A stretch of DNA of 64,000 nucleotides, taken from NCBI GenBank assembly GCA_964016885.1, contig OZ024753.1, positions 25,420,001-25,484,000 of the forward strand, given 5' to 3'. Below, piece after piece: positions 27,301 to 42,300 of the stretch. The translations under genes were made by a program, and so were the position numbers. Numbering within the stretch: position 1 is the first letter of the stretch; each line of letters opens with the position of its first letter. A model generated the notes under the pieces. The model saw only the letters and a list, made by a program, of their open reading frames with translations, had not been told where the DNA came from and ran no database searches. The stretch is from Eledone cirrhosa (taxonomy: Eukaryota).

Positions 27301-30300
27301 AGTTTCAGCAGTCAAGAAGATATTAAAGAAGGAGAAGAGAAGGAGTGACACACTCCACCCCAGTTTCAGCAGACAAGAAGAAATTAAAGGAGAAGAGAAG
27401 GAGTGACACACTCCACCCCAGTTTCAGCAGTCAAGAAGATATTAAAGAAGGAGAAGAGAAAGAGTGACACACTCCACCCCAGTTTCAACAGACAAGAAGA
27501 AATTAAAGAAGGAGAAGAGAAGGAGTGACACACTCCACCCCAGTTTCAGCAGTCAAGAAGAAATTAAAGAAGGAGAAGAGAAGGAGTGACACACTCCACC
27601 CAAGTTTCAGCAGTCAAGGAGAAATTAAAGAAGGAGAAGAGAAGGAGTGACACACTCCACCCCAGTTTCAGCAGACAAGAGGAAATTAAAGAAGGAGAAG
27701 AGAAGGAGTGAGACACTCCACCCCAGTTTCAGCAGACAAGAAGAAATTAAAGAAGGAGAAGAGAAGGAGTGACACACTCCACCCCAGTTTCAGCAGACAA
27801 GAAGAAATTAAAGAAGGAGAAGAGAAGGAGTGACACACTCCACCCCAGTTTCAGCAGACAGGAAGAAATTAAAGAAGGAGAAGAGAAGGAGTGACACACT
27901 CCACCCCAGTTTCAGCAGACAAGAAGAAATTAAAGGAGAAGAGAAGGAGTGACACACTCCACCCCAGTTTCAGCAGTCAAGAAGATATTAAAGAAGGAGA
28001 AGAGAAGGAGTGACACACTCCACCCCAGTTTCAACAGACAAGAAGATATTAACGAAGGAAAAGAGAAGGAGTGACACACTCCACCCCAGTTTCAGCAGTC
28101 AAAAGAAATTAAAGAAGGAGAAGAGAAGGAGTGACACACTCCACCCCAGTTTCAGCAGACAAGAAGAAATTAAAGAAGGAAAAGAGAAGGAGTGACACAC
28201 TCCACCCCAGTTTCAGCAGTCAAAAGAAATTAAAGAAGGAGAAGAGAAGGAGTGACACACTCCACCCCAGTTTCAGCAGACAAGAAGAAATTAAAGAAGG
28301 AAAAGAGAAGGAGTGACACACTCCACCCCAGTTTCAGCATTCAAGAAGATATTAAATAAGGAGAGGAGAAGGAGTGACACACTCCACCCCAGTTTCAGCA
28401 GTCAAGAAGAAATTAAAGAAGGAGAAGAGAAGGAGTGACACACTCCACCCCAGTTTCAGCATTCAAGAAGATATTAAATAAGGAGAGGAGAAGGAGTGAC
28501 ACACTCCACCCCAGTTTCAGCAGTCAAAAGAAATTAAAGAAGGAGAAGAGAAGGAGTGACACACTCCACCCCAGTTTCAGCAGTCAAGAAGAAATTAAAG
28601 AAGGAGAAGAGAAGGAGTGACACACTCCACCCCAGTTTCAGCAGACAAGAAGAAATTAAAGAAGGAAAAGAGAAGGAGTGACACACTCCTCCCCAGTTTC
28701 AGCAGACAAGAGGAAATTAAAGAAGGAGAAGAGAAGGAGTGACACACTCCACCCCAGTTTCAGCAGACAAGAGGAAATTAAAGAAGGAGAAGAGAAGGAG
28801 TGACACACTCCAGCCCAGTTTCAGCAGACAAGAGGAAATTAAAGAAGGAGAAGAGAAGGAGTGACACACTCCACCCCAGTTTCAGCAGTCAAAAGAAATT
28901 AAAGAAGGAGAAGAGAAGGAGTGACACACTCCACCCCAGTTTCAACAGACAAGAAGATATTAAAGAAGGAGAAGAGAAGGAGTGACACACTCCACCCCAG
29001 TTTCAACAGACAAGAAGATATTAAAGAAGGAGTAGAGAAGGAGTGACACACTCCACCCCAGTTTCAACAGACAAGAAGATATTAAAGAAGGAGAAGAGAA
29101 GGAGTGACACACTCCACCCCAGTTTCAACAGACAAGAAGATATTAAAGAAGGAGAAGAGAAGGAGTGACACACTCCACCCCAGTTTCAGCAGACAAGAAG
29201 AAATTAAAGAAGGAAAAGAGAAGGAGTGACACACTCCGCCCCAGTTTCAGCAGTCAAGGAGAAATTAAAGAAGGAAAAGAGAAGGAGTGACACACTCCAC
29301 CCCAATTTCAGCAGTGAAGAAGAAATTAAAGAAGGAGAAGAGAAGGAGTGACACACTGCACCCCAGTTTCAACAGACAAGAAGATATTAAAGAAGGAGAA
29401 GAGAAGGAGTGACACACTCCACCCCAGTTTCAACAGACAAGAAGATATTAAAGAAGGAGAAGAGAAGGAGTGACACACTCCACCCCAGTTTCAACAGACA
29501 AGAAGATATTAAAGAAGGAGAAGAGAAGGAGTGACACACTCCACCCCAGTTTCAACAGACAAGAAGAAATTAAAGAAGGAGAAGAGAAGGAGTGACACAC
29601 TCCACCCCAGTTTCAGCAGTCAAGAAGAAGTTAAAGAAGGAGAAGAGAAGGAGTGACACACTCAACCCCAGTTTCAACAGACAAGAAGAAATTAAAGAAG
29701 GAAAAGAGAAGGAGTGACACACTCCGCCCCAGTTTCAGCAGTCAAGGAGAAATTAAAGAAGGAAAAGAGAAGGAGTGACACACTCCACCCCAATTTCAGC
29801 AGTGAAGAAGAAATTAAAGAAGGAGAAGAGAAGGAGTGACACACTGCACCCCAGTTTCAACAGACAAGAAGATATTAAAGAAGGAGAAGAGAAGGAGTGA
29901 CACACTCCACCCCAGTTTCAACAGACAAGAAGATATTAAAGAAGGAGAAGAGAAGGAGTGACACACTCCACCCCAGTTTCAACAGACAAGAAGATATTAA
30001 AGAAGGAGAAGAGAAGGAGTGACACACTCCACCCGAGTTTCAACAGACAAGAAGAAATTAAAGAAGGAGAAGAGAAGGAGTGACACACTCCACCCCAGTT
30101 TCAGCAGTCAAGAAGAAGTTAAAGAAGGAGAAGAGAAGGAGTGACACACTCAACCCCAGTTTCAACAGACAAGAAGATATTAAAGAAGGAAAAGAGAAGG
30201 AGTGACATGCTGCACCCCAGTTCCAGCAGTCAAGAAGAAATTAAAGAAGGAAAAGAGAAGGAGTGACACGCTGCACCCCAGTTTCAGCAGTCAAGAAGAA

Positions 30301-33300
30301 ATTAAAGAAGGAGAAGAGAAGGAGTGACACACTCCACCCCATTTTCAACAGTCAAGACGATATTAAAGAAGGAAAAGAGAAGGAGTGACACACTCCACCC
30401 CAGTTTCAGCAGAGAAAGAAGAAATTAAAGAAGAAGAGAAGGAGTGACACACTCCACCCCAGTTTCAGCAGAGAAAGAAGAAATTAAAGAAGAAGAGAAG
30501 GAGTGACACACTCCACCCCAGTTTCAACAGACAAGAAGATATTAAAGAAGGAGAAGAGAAGGAGTGACACACTCCACCCCAGTTTCAGCAGACAAGAAGA
30601 TATTAAAGAAGGAGAAGAGAAGGAGTGACACACTCCACCCCAGTTTCAGCAGTCAAGAAGAAATTAAAGAAGGAGAAGAGAAGGAGTGACACGCTGCACC
30701 CCAGTTTCAGCAGACAAGAAGAAATTAAAGAAGGAGAGGAGAAGGAGTGACACACTCCACCCCAGTTTCAGCAGAGAAAGAAGAAATTAAAGAAGAAGAG
30801 AAGGAGTGACACACTCCACCCGAGTTTCAGCAGTCAAGAAGATATTAAAGAAGGAGAAGAGAAGGAGTGACACACTCCACCCCAGTTTCAGCAGTCAAGA
30901 AGAAATTAAAGAAGGAGAAGAGAAGGAGTGACACGCTGCACCCCAGTTTCAGCAGACAAGAAGAAATTAAAGAAGGAGAGGAGAAGGAGTGACACACTCC
31001 ACCCCAGTTTCAGCAGTCAAGAAGAAATTAAAGAAGGAGAAGAGAAGGAGTGACACGCTGCACCCCAGTTTCAGCAGACAAGAAGAAATTAAAGAAGGAG
31101 AGGAGAAGGAGTGACACACTCCACCCCAGTTTCAGCAGTCAAGAAGAAATTAAAGAAGGAGAACAGAAGGAGTGACACACTCCACCCCAGTTTCAGCAGA
31201 CAAGAAGAAATTAAAGAAGGAGAAGAGGAGTGACACACTCCGCCCCAGTTTCAGCAGACAAGAAGAAATTAAAGCAGGAGAAGAGAAGGAGTGACACACT
31301 CCACCCCAGTTTCAACAGTCAAGAAGATATTAAAGAAAGAAAAGAGAAGGAGTGACACACTCCTCCCCAGTTTCAGCAGTCAAAAGAAATTAAAGAAGGA
31401 GAAGAGGAGTGACACACTCCGCCCCAGTTTCAGCAGACAAGAAGAAATTAAAGAAGGAAAAGAGAAGGAGTGACACACTCCTCCCCAGTTTCAGCAGACA
31501 AGAGGAAATTAAAGAAGGAGAAGAGAAGGAGTGACACACTCCACCCCAGTTTCAGCAGACAAGAAGAAATTAAAGAAGGAGAAGAGAAGGAGTGACACAC
31601 TCCACCCCAGTTTCAGCAGACAAGAAGATATTAAAGAAGGAAAAGAGAAGGAGTGACACACTCCACCCCAGTTTCAGCAGACAAGAAGAAATTAAAGAAG
31701 GAGAAGAGAAGGAGTGACACACTCCACCCCAGGTTCAGCAGTCAAGAAGAAATTAAAGAAGGAGAGGAGAAGGAGTGACACACTCCACCCCAGTTTCGGC
31801 AGACAAGAAGATATTAAAGAAGGAAAAGAGAAGGAGTGACACACTCCACCCCAGTTTCAGCAGTCAGGAAGAAATTAAAGAAGAAGAGGAGGAGGAGTGA
31901 CACACTCCACCCCAGTTTCAGCAGACAAGAAGATATTAAAGTAGGAAAAGAGAAGGAGTGACACACTCCACCCCAGTTTCAGCAGTCAAGAAGAAATTAA
32001 AGAAGGAGAAGAGAAGGAGTGACACACTCCACCCCAGTTTCAACAGACAAGAAGAAATTAAAGAAGGAGAAGAGAAGGAGTGACACACTCCACCCCAGTT
32101 TCAGCAGTCAAGGAGAAATTAAAGAAGGAGAAGAGAAGGAGTGACACACTCCACCCCAGTTTCAACAGACAAGAAGATATTAAAGAAGGAGAAGAGAAGG
32201 AGTGACACACTCCACCCCAGTTTCAACAGACAAGAAGAAATTAAAGAAGGAGAAGAGAAGGAGTGACACACTCCACCCCAGTTTCAGCAGTCAAGAAGAA
32301 ATTAAAGGAGAAGAGAAGGAGTGACACACGCCACCCCAGTTTCAACAGACAAGAAGAAATTAAAGAAGGAGAAGAGAAGGAGTGACACACGCCACCCCAG
32401 TTTCAACAGACAAGAAGAAATTAAAGAAGGAGAAGAGAAGGAGTGACACACTCCACCCCAGTTTCAACAGACAAGAAGAAATTAAAGAAGGAGAAGAGAA
32501 GGAGTGACACACTCCACCCCAGTTTCAACAGACAAGAAGATATTAAAGTAGGAAAAGAGAAGGAGTGACACACTCCACCCCAGTTTCAGCAGTCAAGAAG
32601 AAATTAAAGGAGAAGAGAAGGAGTGACACACTCCGCCCCAGTTTCAACAGACAAGAAGAAATTAAAGAAGGAGAAGAGAATGAGTGACACACTCCACCCC
32701 AGTTTCAACAGACAAGAAGATATTAAAGTAGGAAAAGAGAAGGAGTGACACACTCCACCCCAGTTTCAGCAGTCAAGAAGAAATTAAAGGAGAAGAGAAG
32801 GAGTGACACACTCCACCCCAGTTTCAGCAGTCAAGGAGAAATTAAAGAAGGAGAAGAGAAGGAGTGACACACTCCACCCGAGTTTCAACAGACAAGAAGA
32901 CATTAAAGAAGGAGAAGAGAAGGAGTGACACACTCCACCCCAATTTCAGCAGTCAAGAAGAAATTAAAGGAGAAGAGAAGGAGTGACACACGCCACCCCA
33001 GTTTCAACAGACAAGAAGAAATTAAAGAAGGAGAAGAGAAGGAGTGACACACTCCACCCCAATTTCAACAGTCAAGAAGATATTAAAGAAGGAGAAGAGA
33101 AGGAGTGACACACGCCACCCCAGTTTCAACAGACAAGAAGACATTAAAGAAGGAGAAGAGAAGGAGTGACACACTCCACCCCAATTTCAACAGTCAAGAA
33201 GATATTAAAGAAGGAAAAGAGAAGGAGTGACACACTCCACCTCAGTTTCAGCAGTCAAGAAGAAATTAAAGGAGAAGAGAAGAAGTGACACACTCCACCC

Positions 33301-36300
33301 CAGTTTCAACAGACAAGAAGAAATTAAAGAAGGAGAAGAGAAGGAGTGACACACTCCACCCCAGTTCCAGCAGTCAAGAAGAAATTAAAGAAGGAGAAGA
33401 GAAGGAGTGACACACTCCACCCCAGTTTCAGCAGACAAGAGGAAATTAAAGAAGGAAAAGAGAAGGAGTGACACGCTGCACCCCAGTTTCAGCAGTCAAG
33501 AAGAAATTAAAGAAGGAGAAGAGAAGGAGTGACACACTCCACCCCAGTTTCAACAGTCAAGAAGATATTAAAGAAGGAAAAGAGAAGGAGTGACACACTC
33601 CACCCCAGTTTCAGCAGACATGAAGAAATTAAAGAAGGAGAAGAGAAGGAGTGACACACTCCACCCCAGTTTCAGCAGTCAAGAAGAAATTAAAGAAGGA
33701 AATGAGAAGGAGTGACACACTCCACCCCAGTTTCAGCAGACAAGTAGAAATTAAAGAAGGAAAAGAGAAGGAGTGACACACTCTACCCCAGTTTCAGCAG
33801 TCAAGAAGAAATTAAAGAAGGAGAAGAGAAGGAGTGACACACTCCACCCCAGTTTCAGCAGACAAGAAGAAATTAAAGAAGGAGAAGAGAAGGAGTGACA
33901 CACTCCACCCCAGTTTCAGCAGTCAAGAAGATATTAAAGAAGGAAAAGAGAAGGAGTGAGACACTCCACCCCAGTTTCAACAGACAAGAAGAAATTAAAG
34001 AAGGAGAAGAGAAGGAGTGACACACTCCACCCCAGTTTCAACAGACAAGAAGATATTAAAGTAGGAAAGGAGAAGGAGTGACACACTCCACCCCAGTTTC
34101 AACAGACAAGAAGAAATTAAAGAAGGAGAAGAGAAGGAGTGACACACTCCACCCCAGTTTCAACAGTCAAGAAGATATTAAAGTAGGAAAGGAGAAGGAG
34201 TGACACACTCCACCCCAGTTTCAGCAGTCAAGAAGAAATTAAAGGAGAAGAGAAGGAGTGACACACGCCACCCCAGTTTCAACAGACAAGAAGAAATTAA
34301 AGAAGGAGAAGAGAAGGAGTGACACACTCCACCCCAGTTTCAGCAGTCAAGAAGAAATTAAAGGAGAAGAGAAGGAGTGACACACTCCACCCCAGTTTCA
34401 GCAGTCAAGAGGAAATTAAAGAAGGAAAAGAGAAGGAGTGACACACTCCACCTCAGTTTCAACAGACAAGAAGATATTAAAGTAGGAAAAGAGAAGGAGT
34501 GACACACTCCACCCCAGTTTCAGCAGTCAAGAGGAAATTAAAGAAGGAAAAGAGAAGGAGTGACACACTCCACCCCAGTTTCAGCAGTCAAGAAGATATT
34601 AAAGAAGGAGAGGAGAAGGAGTGACACACTCCACCCCAGTTTCAGCAGTCAAGAAGAAATTAAAGAAGGAGAAGAGAAGGAGTGACACACTCCACCCCAG
34701 TTTCAGCAGTCAAGGAGAAATTAAAGAAGGAAAAGAGAAGGAGTGACACACTCCACCTCAGTTTCAGCAGTCAAGAAGATATTAAAGAAGGAGAGGAGAA
34801 GGAGTGACACACTCCACCCCAGTTTCAGCAGTCAAGAAGAAATTAAAGGAGAAGAGAAGGAGTGACACACGCCACCCCAGTTTCAACAGACAAGAAGAAA
34901 TTAAAGAAGGAGAAGAGAAGGAGTGACACACTCCACCCCAGTTTCAGCAGTCAAGAAGAAATTAAAGGAGAAGAGAAGGAGTGACACACTCCACCCCAGT
35001 TTCAGCAGTCAAGAGGAAATTAAAGAAGGAAAAGAGAAGGAGTGACACACTCCACCTCAGTTTCAACAGACAAGAAGATATTAAAGTAGGAAAAGAGAAG
35101 GAGTGACACACTCCACCCCAGTTTCAGCAGTCAAGAGGAAATTAAAGAAGGAAAAGAGAAGGAGTGACACACTCCACCCCAGTTTCAGCAGTCAAGAAGA
35201 TATTAAAGAAGGAGAGGAGAAGGAGTGACACACTCCACCCCAGTTTCAGCAGTCAAGAAGAAATTAAAGAAGGAGAAGAGAAGGAGTGACACACTCCACC
35301 CCAGTTTCAGCAGTCAAGGAGAAATTAAAGAAGGAAAAGAGAAGGAGTGACACACTCCACCTCAGTTTCAGCAGTCAAGAAGATATTAAAGAAGGAGAGG
35401 AGAAGGAGTGACACACTCCACCCCAGTTTCAGCAGTCAAGAAGGAATTAAAGAAGGAGAGGAGAAGGAGTGACACACTCCACCCCAGTTTCAGCAGTCAA
35501 GAAGATATTAAAGAAGGAGAGGAGAAGGAGTGACACACTCCACCCCAGTTTCAGCAGTCAAGAAGAAATTAAAGAAGGAGAAGAGAAGGAGTGACACACT
35601 CCACCCCAGTTTCAGCAGTCAAGGAGAAATTAAAGAAGGAGAAGAGAAGGAGTGACACACCCCACCCGAGTTTCAACAGACAAGAAGAAATTAAAGAAGG
35701 AGAAGAGAAGGAGTGACACACTCCACCCCAGTTTCAACAGTCAAGAAGATATTAAAGAAGGAAAAGAGAAGGAGTGACACACTCCACCTCAGTTTCAACA
35801 GACAAGAAGAAATTAAAGAAGGAGAAGAGAAGGAGTGACACACTCCACCCCAGTTCCAGCAGTCAAGAAGAAATTAAAGAAGGAGAAGAGAAGGAGTGAC
35901 ACACTCCACCCCAGTTTCAGCAGACAAGAGGAAATTAAAGAAGGAAAAGAGAAGGAGTGACACGCTGCACCCCAGTTTCAGCAGACATGAAGAAACTAAA
36001 GAAGGAGAGTAGAAGGAGTGACACACTCCACCCCAGTTTCAGCAGTCAAAAAGATATTAAAGAAGGAAAAGAGAAGGAGTGACACACTCCACACCAGTTT
36101 CAGCAGACAAGAGGAAATTAAAGAAGGAAAAGAGAAGGAGTGACACACTCCACACCAGTTTCAGCAGTCAAGAAGAAATTAAAGAAGGAAAAGAGAAGGA
36201 GTGACACGCTGCACCCCAGTTTCAGCAGACATGAAGAAACTAAAGAAGGACAGTAGAAGGAGTGACACACTCCACCCCAGTTTCAGCAGTCAAAAAGATA

Positions 36301-39300
36301 TTAAAGAAGGAAAAGAGAAGGAGTGACACACTCCACCCCAGTTTCAGCAGACAAGAGGAAATTAAAGAAGGAAAAGAGAAGGAGTGACACACTCCACCCC
36401 AGTTTCAACAGTCAAGAAGATATTAAAGAAGGAAAAGAGAAGGAGTGACACACTCCACCCCAGTTTCAGCAGACATGAAGAAACTAAAGAAGGAGAGTAG
36501 AAGGAGTGACACACTCCACCCCAGTTTCAGCAGTCAAAAAGATATTAAAGAAGGAGAGGAGAAGGAGTGACACACTCCACCCCAGTTTCATCAGTCAAGA
36601 AGAAATTAAAGAAGGAAAAGAGAAGGAGTGACACACTCCACCCCAGTTTCAGCAGACAAGTAGAAATTAAAGAAGGAAAAGAAAAGGAGTGACACACTCC
36701 ACCCCAGTTTCAGCAGTCAAGAAGATATTAAAGAAGGAGAAGAGAAGGAGTGACACACTCCACCCCAGTTTCAGCAGACAAGAAGAAATTAAAGGAGAAG
36801 AGAAGGAGTGACACACTCCACCCCAGTTTCAGCAGTCAAGAAGATATTAAAGAAGGAGAAGAGAAAGAGTGACACACTCCACCCCAGTTTCAACAGACAA
36901 GAAGAAATTAAAGAAGGAGAAGAGAAGGAGTGACACACTCCACCCCAGTTTCAGCAGTCAAGAAGAAATTAAAGAAGGAGAAGAGAAGGAGTGACACACT
37001 CCACCCAAGTTTCAGCAGTCAAGGAGAAATTAAAGAAGGAGAAGAGAAGGAGTGACACACTCCACCCCAGTTTCAGCAGACAAGAGGAAATTAAAGAAGG
37101 AGAAGAGAAGGAGTGAGACACTCCACCCCAGTTTCAGCAGACAAGAAGAAATTAAAGAAGGAGAAGAGAAGGAGTGACACACTCCACCCCAGTTTCAGCA
37201 GACAAGAAGAAATTAAAGAAGGAGAAGAGAAGGAGTGACACACTCCACCCCAGTTTCAGCAGACAGGAAGAAATTAAAGAAGGAGAAGAGAAGGAGTGAC
37301 ACACTCCACCCCAGTTTCAGCAGACAAGAAGAAATTAAAGGAGAAGAGAAGGAGTGACACACTCCACCTCAGTTTCAGCAGTCAAGAAGATATTAAAGAA
37401 GGAGAAGAGAAGGAGTGACACACTCCACCCCAGTTTCAACAGACAAGAAGATATTAACGAAGGAAAAGAGAAGGAGTGACACACTCCACCCCAGTTTCAG
37501 CAGTCAAAAGAAATTAAAGAAGGAGAAGAGAAGGAGTGACACACTCCACCCCAGTTTCAGCAGACAAGAAGAAATTAAAGAAGGAAAAGAGAAGGAGTGA
37601 CACACTCCACCCCAGTTTCAGCAGTCAAAAGAAATTAAAGAAGGAGAAGAGAAGGAGTGACACACTCCACCCCAGTTTCAGCAGACAAGAAGAAATTAAA
37701 GAAGGAAAAGAGAAGGAGTGACACACTCCACCCCAGTTTCAGCATTCAAGAAGATATTAAATAAGGAGAGGAGAAGGAGTGACACACTCCACCCCAGTTT
37801 CAGCAGTCAAGAAGAAATTAAAGAAGGAGAAGAGAAGGAGTGACACACTCCACCCCAGTTTCAGCATTCAAGAAGATATTAAATAAGGAGAGGAGAAGGA
37901 GTGACACACTCCACCCCAGTTTCAGCAGTCAAAAGAAATTAAAGAAGGAGAAGAGAAGGAGTGACACACTCCACCCCAGTTTCAGCAGTCAAGAAGAAAT
38001 TAAAGAAGGAGAAGAGAAGGAGTGACACACTCCACCCCAGTTTCAGCAGACAAGAAGAAATTAAAGAAGGAAAAGAGAAGGAGTGACACACTCCTCCCCA
38101 GTTTCGGCAGACAAGAGGAAATTAAAGAAGGAGAAGAGAAGGAGTGACACACTCCACCCCAGTTTCAGCAGACAAGAGGAAATTAAAGAAGGAGAAGAGA
38201 AGGAGTGACACACTCCACCCCAGTTTCAGCAGACAAGAGGAAATTAAAGAAGGAGAAGAGAAGGAGTGACACACTCCACCCCAGTTTCAGCAGTCAAAAG
38301 AAATTAAAGAAGGAGAAGAGAAGGAGTGACACACTCCACCCCAGTTTCAGCAGACAAGAAGAAATTAAAGAAGGAGAAGAGAAGGAGTGACACACTCCTC
38401 CCCAGTTTCAGCAGACAAGAGGAAATTAAAGAAGGAGAAGAGAAGGAGTGACACACTCCACCCCAGTTTCAGCAGTCAAAAGAAATTAAAGAAGGAGAAG
38501 AGAAGGAGTGACACACTCCTCCCCAGTTTCAGCAGACAAGAGGAAATTAAAGAAGGAGAAGAGAAGGAGTGACACACTCCACCCCAGTTTCAGCAGACAA
38601 GAAGAAATTAAAGAAGGAGAAGAGGAGTGACACACTCCGCCCCAGTTTCAGCAGACAAGAGGAAATTAAAGTAGGAAAAGAGAAGGAGTGACACACTCCT
38701 CCCCAGTTTCAGCAGACAAGAGGAAATTAAAGAAGGAGAAGAGAAGGAGTGACACACTCCACCCCAGTTTCAACAGACAAGAAGAAATTAAAGAAGGAAA
38801 AGAGAAGGAGTGACACACTCCTCCCCAGTTTCAGCAGACAAGAGGAAATTAAAGAAGGAGAAGAGAAGGAGTGACACACTCCACCCCAGTTTCAGCAGAC
38901 AAGAAGATATTAAAGAAGGAGAAGAGAAGGAGTGACACACTCCACCCCAGTTTCAACAGACAAGAAGATATTAAAGAAGGAGAAGAGAAGGAGTGACACA
39001 CTCCACCCCAGTTTCAACAGACAAGAAGATATTAAAGAAGGAGTAGAGAAGGAGTGACACACTCCACCCCAGTTTCAACAGACAAGAAGATATTAAAGAA
39101 GGAGAAGAGAAGGAGTGACACACTCCACCCCAGTTTCAACAGACAAGAAGATATTAAAGAAGGAGAAGAGAAGGAGTGACACACTCCACCCCAGTTTCAG
39201 CAGACAAGAAGAAATTAAAGAAGGAAAAGAGAAGGAGTGACACACTCCGCCCCAGTTTCAGCAGTCAAGGAGAAATTAAAGAAGGAAAAGAGAAGGAGTG

Positions 39301-42300
39301 ACACACTCCACCCCAATTTCAGCAGTGAAGAAGAAATTAAAGAAGGAGAAGAGAAGGAGTGACACACTGCACCCCAGTTTCAACAGACAAGAAGATATTA
39401 AAGAAGGAGAAGAGAAGGAGTGACACACTCCACCCCAGTTTCAACAGACAAGAAGATATTAAAGAAGGAGAAGAGAAGGAGTGACACACTCCACCCCAGT
39501 TTCAACAGACAAGAAGATATTAAAGAAGGAGAAGAGAAGGAGTGACACACTCCACCCCAGTTTCAACAGACAAGAAGAAATTAAAGAAGGAGAAGAGAAG
39601 GAGTGACACACTCCACCCCAGTTTCAGCAGTCAAGAAGAAGTTAAAGAAGGAGAAGAGAAGGAGTGACACACTCAACCCCAGTTTCAACAGACAAGAAGA
39701 AATTAAAGAAGGAAAAGAGAAGGAGTGACACACTCCGCCCCAGTTTCAGCAGTCAAGGAGAAATTAAAGAAGGAAAAGAGAAGGAGTGACACACTCCACC
39801 CCAATTTCAGCAGTGAAGAAGAAATTAAAGAAGGAGAAGAGAAGGAGTGACACACTGCACCCCAGTTTCAACAGACAAGAAGATATTAAAGAAGGAGAAG
39901 AGAAGGAGTGACACACTCCACCCCAGTTTCAACAGACAAGAAGATATTAAAGAAGGAGAAGAGAAGGAGTGTCACACTCCACCCCAGTTTCAACAGACAA
40001 GAAGATATTAAAGAAGGAGAAGAGAAGGAGTGACACACTCCACCCGAGTTTCAACAGACAAGAAGAAATTAAAGAAGGAGAAGAGAAGGAGTGACACACT
40101 CCACCCCAGTTTCAGCAGTCAAGAAGAAGTTAAAGAAGGAGAAGAGAAGGAGTGACACACTCAACCCCAGTTTCAACAGACAAGAAGATATTAAAGAAGG
40201 AAAAGAGAAGGAGTGACATGCTGCACCCCAGTTCCAGCAGTCAAGAAGAAATTAAAGAAGGAAAAGAGAAGGAGTGACACGCTGCACCCCAGTTTCAGCA
40301 GTCAAGAAGAAATTAAAGAAGGAGAAGAGAAGGAGTGACACACTCCACCCCATTTTCAACAGTCAAGACGATATTAAAGAAGGAAAAGAGAAGGAGTGAC
40401 ACACTCCACCCCAGTTTCAGCAGAGAAAGAAGAAATTAAAGAAGAAGAGAAGGAGTGACACACTCCACCCCAGTTTCAGCAGAGAAAGAAGAAATTAAAG
40501 AAGAAGAGAAGGAGTGACACACTCCACCCCAGTTTCAACAGACAAGAAGATATTAAAGAAGGAGAAGAGAAGGAGTGACACACTCCACCCCAGTTTCAGC
40601 AGACAAGAAGATATTAAAGAAGGAGAAGAGAAGGAGTGACACACTCCACCCCAGTTTCAGCAGTCAAGAAGAAATTAAAGAAGGAGAAGAGAAGGAGTGA
40701 CACGCTGCACCCCAGTTTCAGCAGACAAGAAGAAATTAAAGAAGGAGAGGAGAAGGAGTGACACACTCCACCCCAGTTTCAGCAGAGAAAGAAGAAATTA
40801 AAGAAGAAGAGAAGGAGTGACACACTCCACCCGAGTTTCAGCAGTCAAGAAGATATTAAAGAAGGAGAAGAGAAGAAGTGACACACTCCACCCCAGTTTC
40901 AGCAGTCAAGAAGAAATTAAAGAAGGAGAAGAGAAGGAGTGACACGCTGCACCCCAGTTTCAGCAGACAAGAAGAAATTAAAGAAGGAGAGGAGAAGGAG
41001 TGACACACTCCACCCCAGTTTCAGCAGTCAAGAAGAAATTAAAGAAGGAGAAGAGAAGGAGTGACACGCTGCACCCCAGTTTCAGCAGACAAGAAGAAAT
41101 TAAAGAAGGAGAGGAGAAGGAGTGACACACTCCACCCCAGTTTCAGCAGTCAAGAAGAAATTAAAGAAGGAGAACAGAAGGAGTGACACACTCCACCCCA
41201 GTTTCAGCAGACAAGAAGAAATTAAAGAAGGAGAAGAGGAGTGACACACTCCGCCCCAGTTTCAGCAGACAAGAAGAAATTAAAGCAGGAGAAGAGAAGG
41301 AGTGACACACTCCACCCCAGTTTCAACAGTCAAGAAGATATTAAAGAAAGAAAAGAGAAGGAGTGACACACTCCTCCCCAGTTTCAGCAGTCAAAAGAAA
41401 TTAAAGAAGGAGAAGAGGAGTGACACACTCCGCCCCAGTTTCAGCAGACAAGAAGAAATTAAAGAAGGAAAAGAGAAGGAGTGACACACTCCTCCCCAGT
41501 TTCAGCAGACAAGAGGAAATTAAAGAAGGAGAAGAGAAGGAGTGACACACTCCACCCCAGTTTCAGCAGACAAGAAGAAATTAAAGAAGGAGAAGAGAAG
41601 GAGTGACACACTCCACCCCAGTTTCAGCAGACAAGAAGATATTAAAGAAGGAAAAGAGAAGGAGTGACACACTCCACCCCAGTTTCAGCAGACAAGAAGA
41701 AATTAAAGAAGGAGAAGAGAAGGAGTGACACACTCCACCCCAGGTTCAGCAGTCAAGAAGAAATTAAAGAAGGAGAGGAGAAGGAGTGACACACTCCACC
41801 CCAGTTTCGGCAGACAAGAAGATATTAAAGAAGGAAAAGAGAAGGAGTGACACACTCCACCCCAGTTTCAGCAGTCAGGAAGAAATTAAAGAAGAAGAGG
41901 AGGAGGAGTGACACACTCCACCCCAGTTTCAGCAGACAAGAAGATATTAAAGTAGGAAAAGAGAAGGAGTGACACACTCCACCCCAGTTTCAGCAGTCAA
42001 GAAGAAATTAAAGAAGGAGAAGAGAAGGAGTGACACACTCCACCCCAGTTTCAACAGACAAGAAGAAATTAAAGAAGGAGAAGAGAAGGAGTGACACACT
42101 CCACCCCAGTTTCAGCAGTCAAGGAGAAATTAAAGAAGGAGAAGAGAAGGAGTGACACACTCCACCCCAGTTTCAACAGACAAGAAGATATTAAAGAAGG
42201 AGAAGAGAAGGAGTGACACACTCCACCCCAGTTTCAACAGACAAGAAGAAATTAAAGAAGGAGAAGAGAAGGAGTGACACACTCCACCCCAGTTTCAGCA

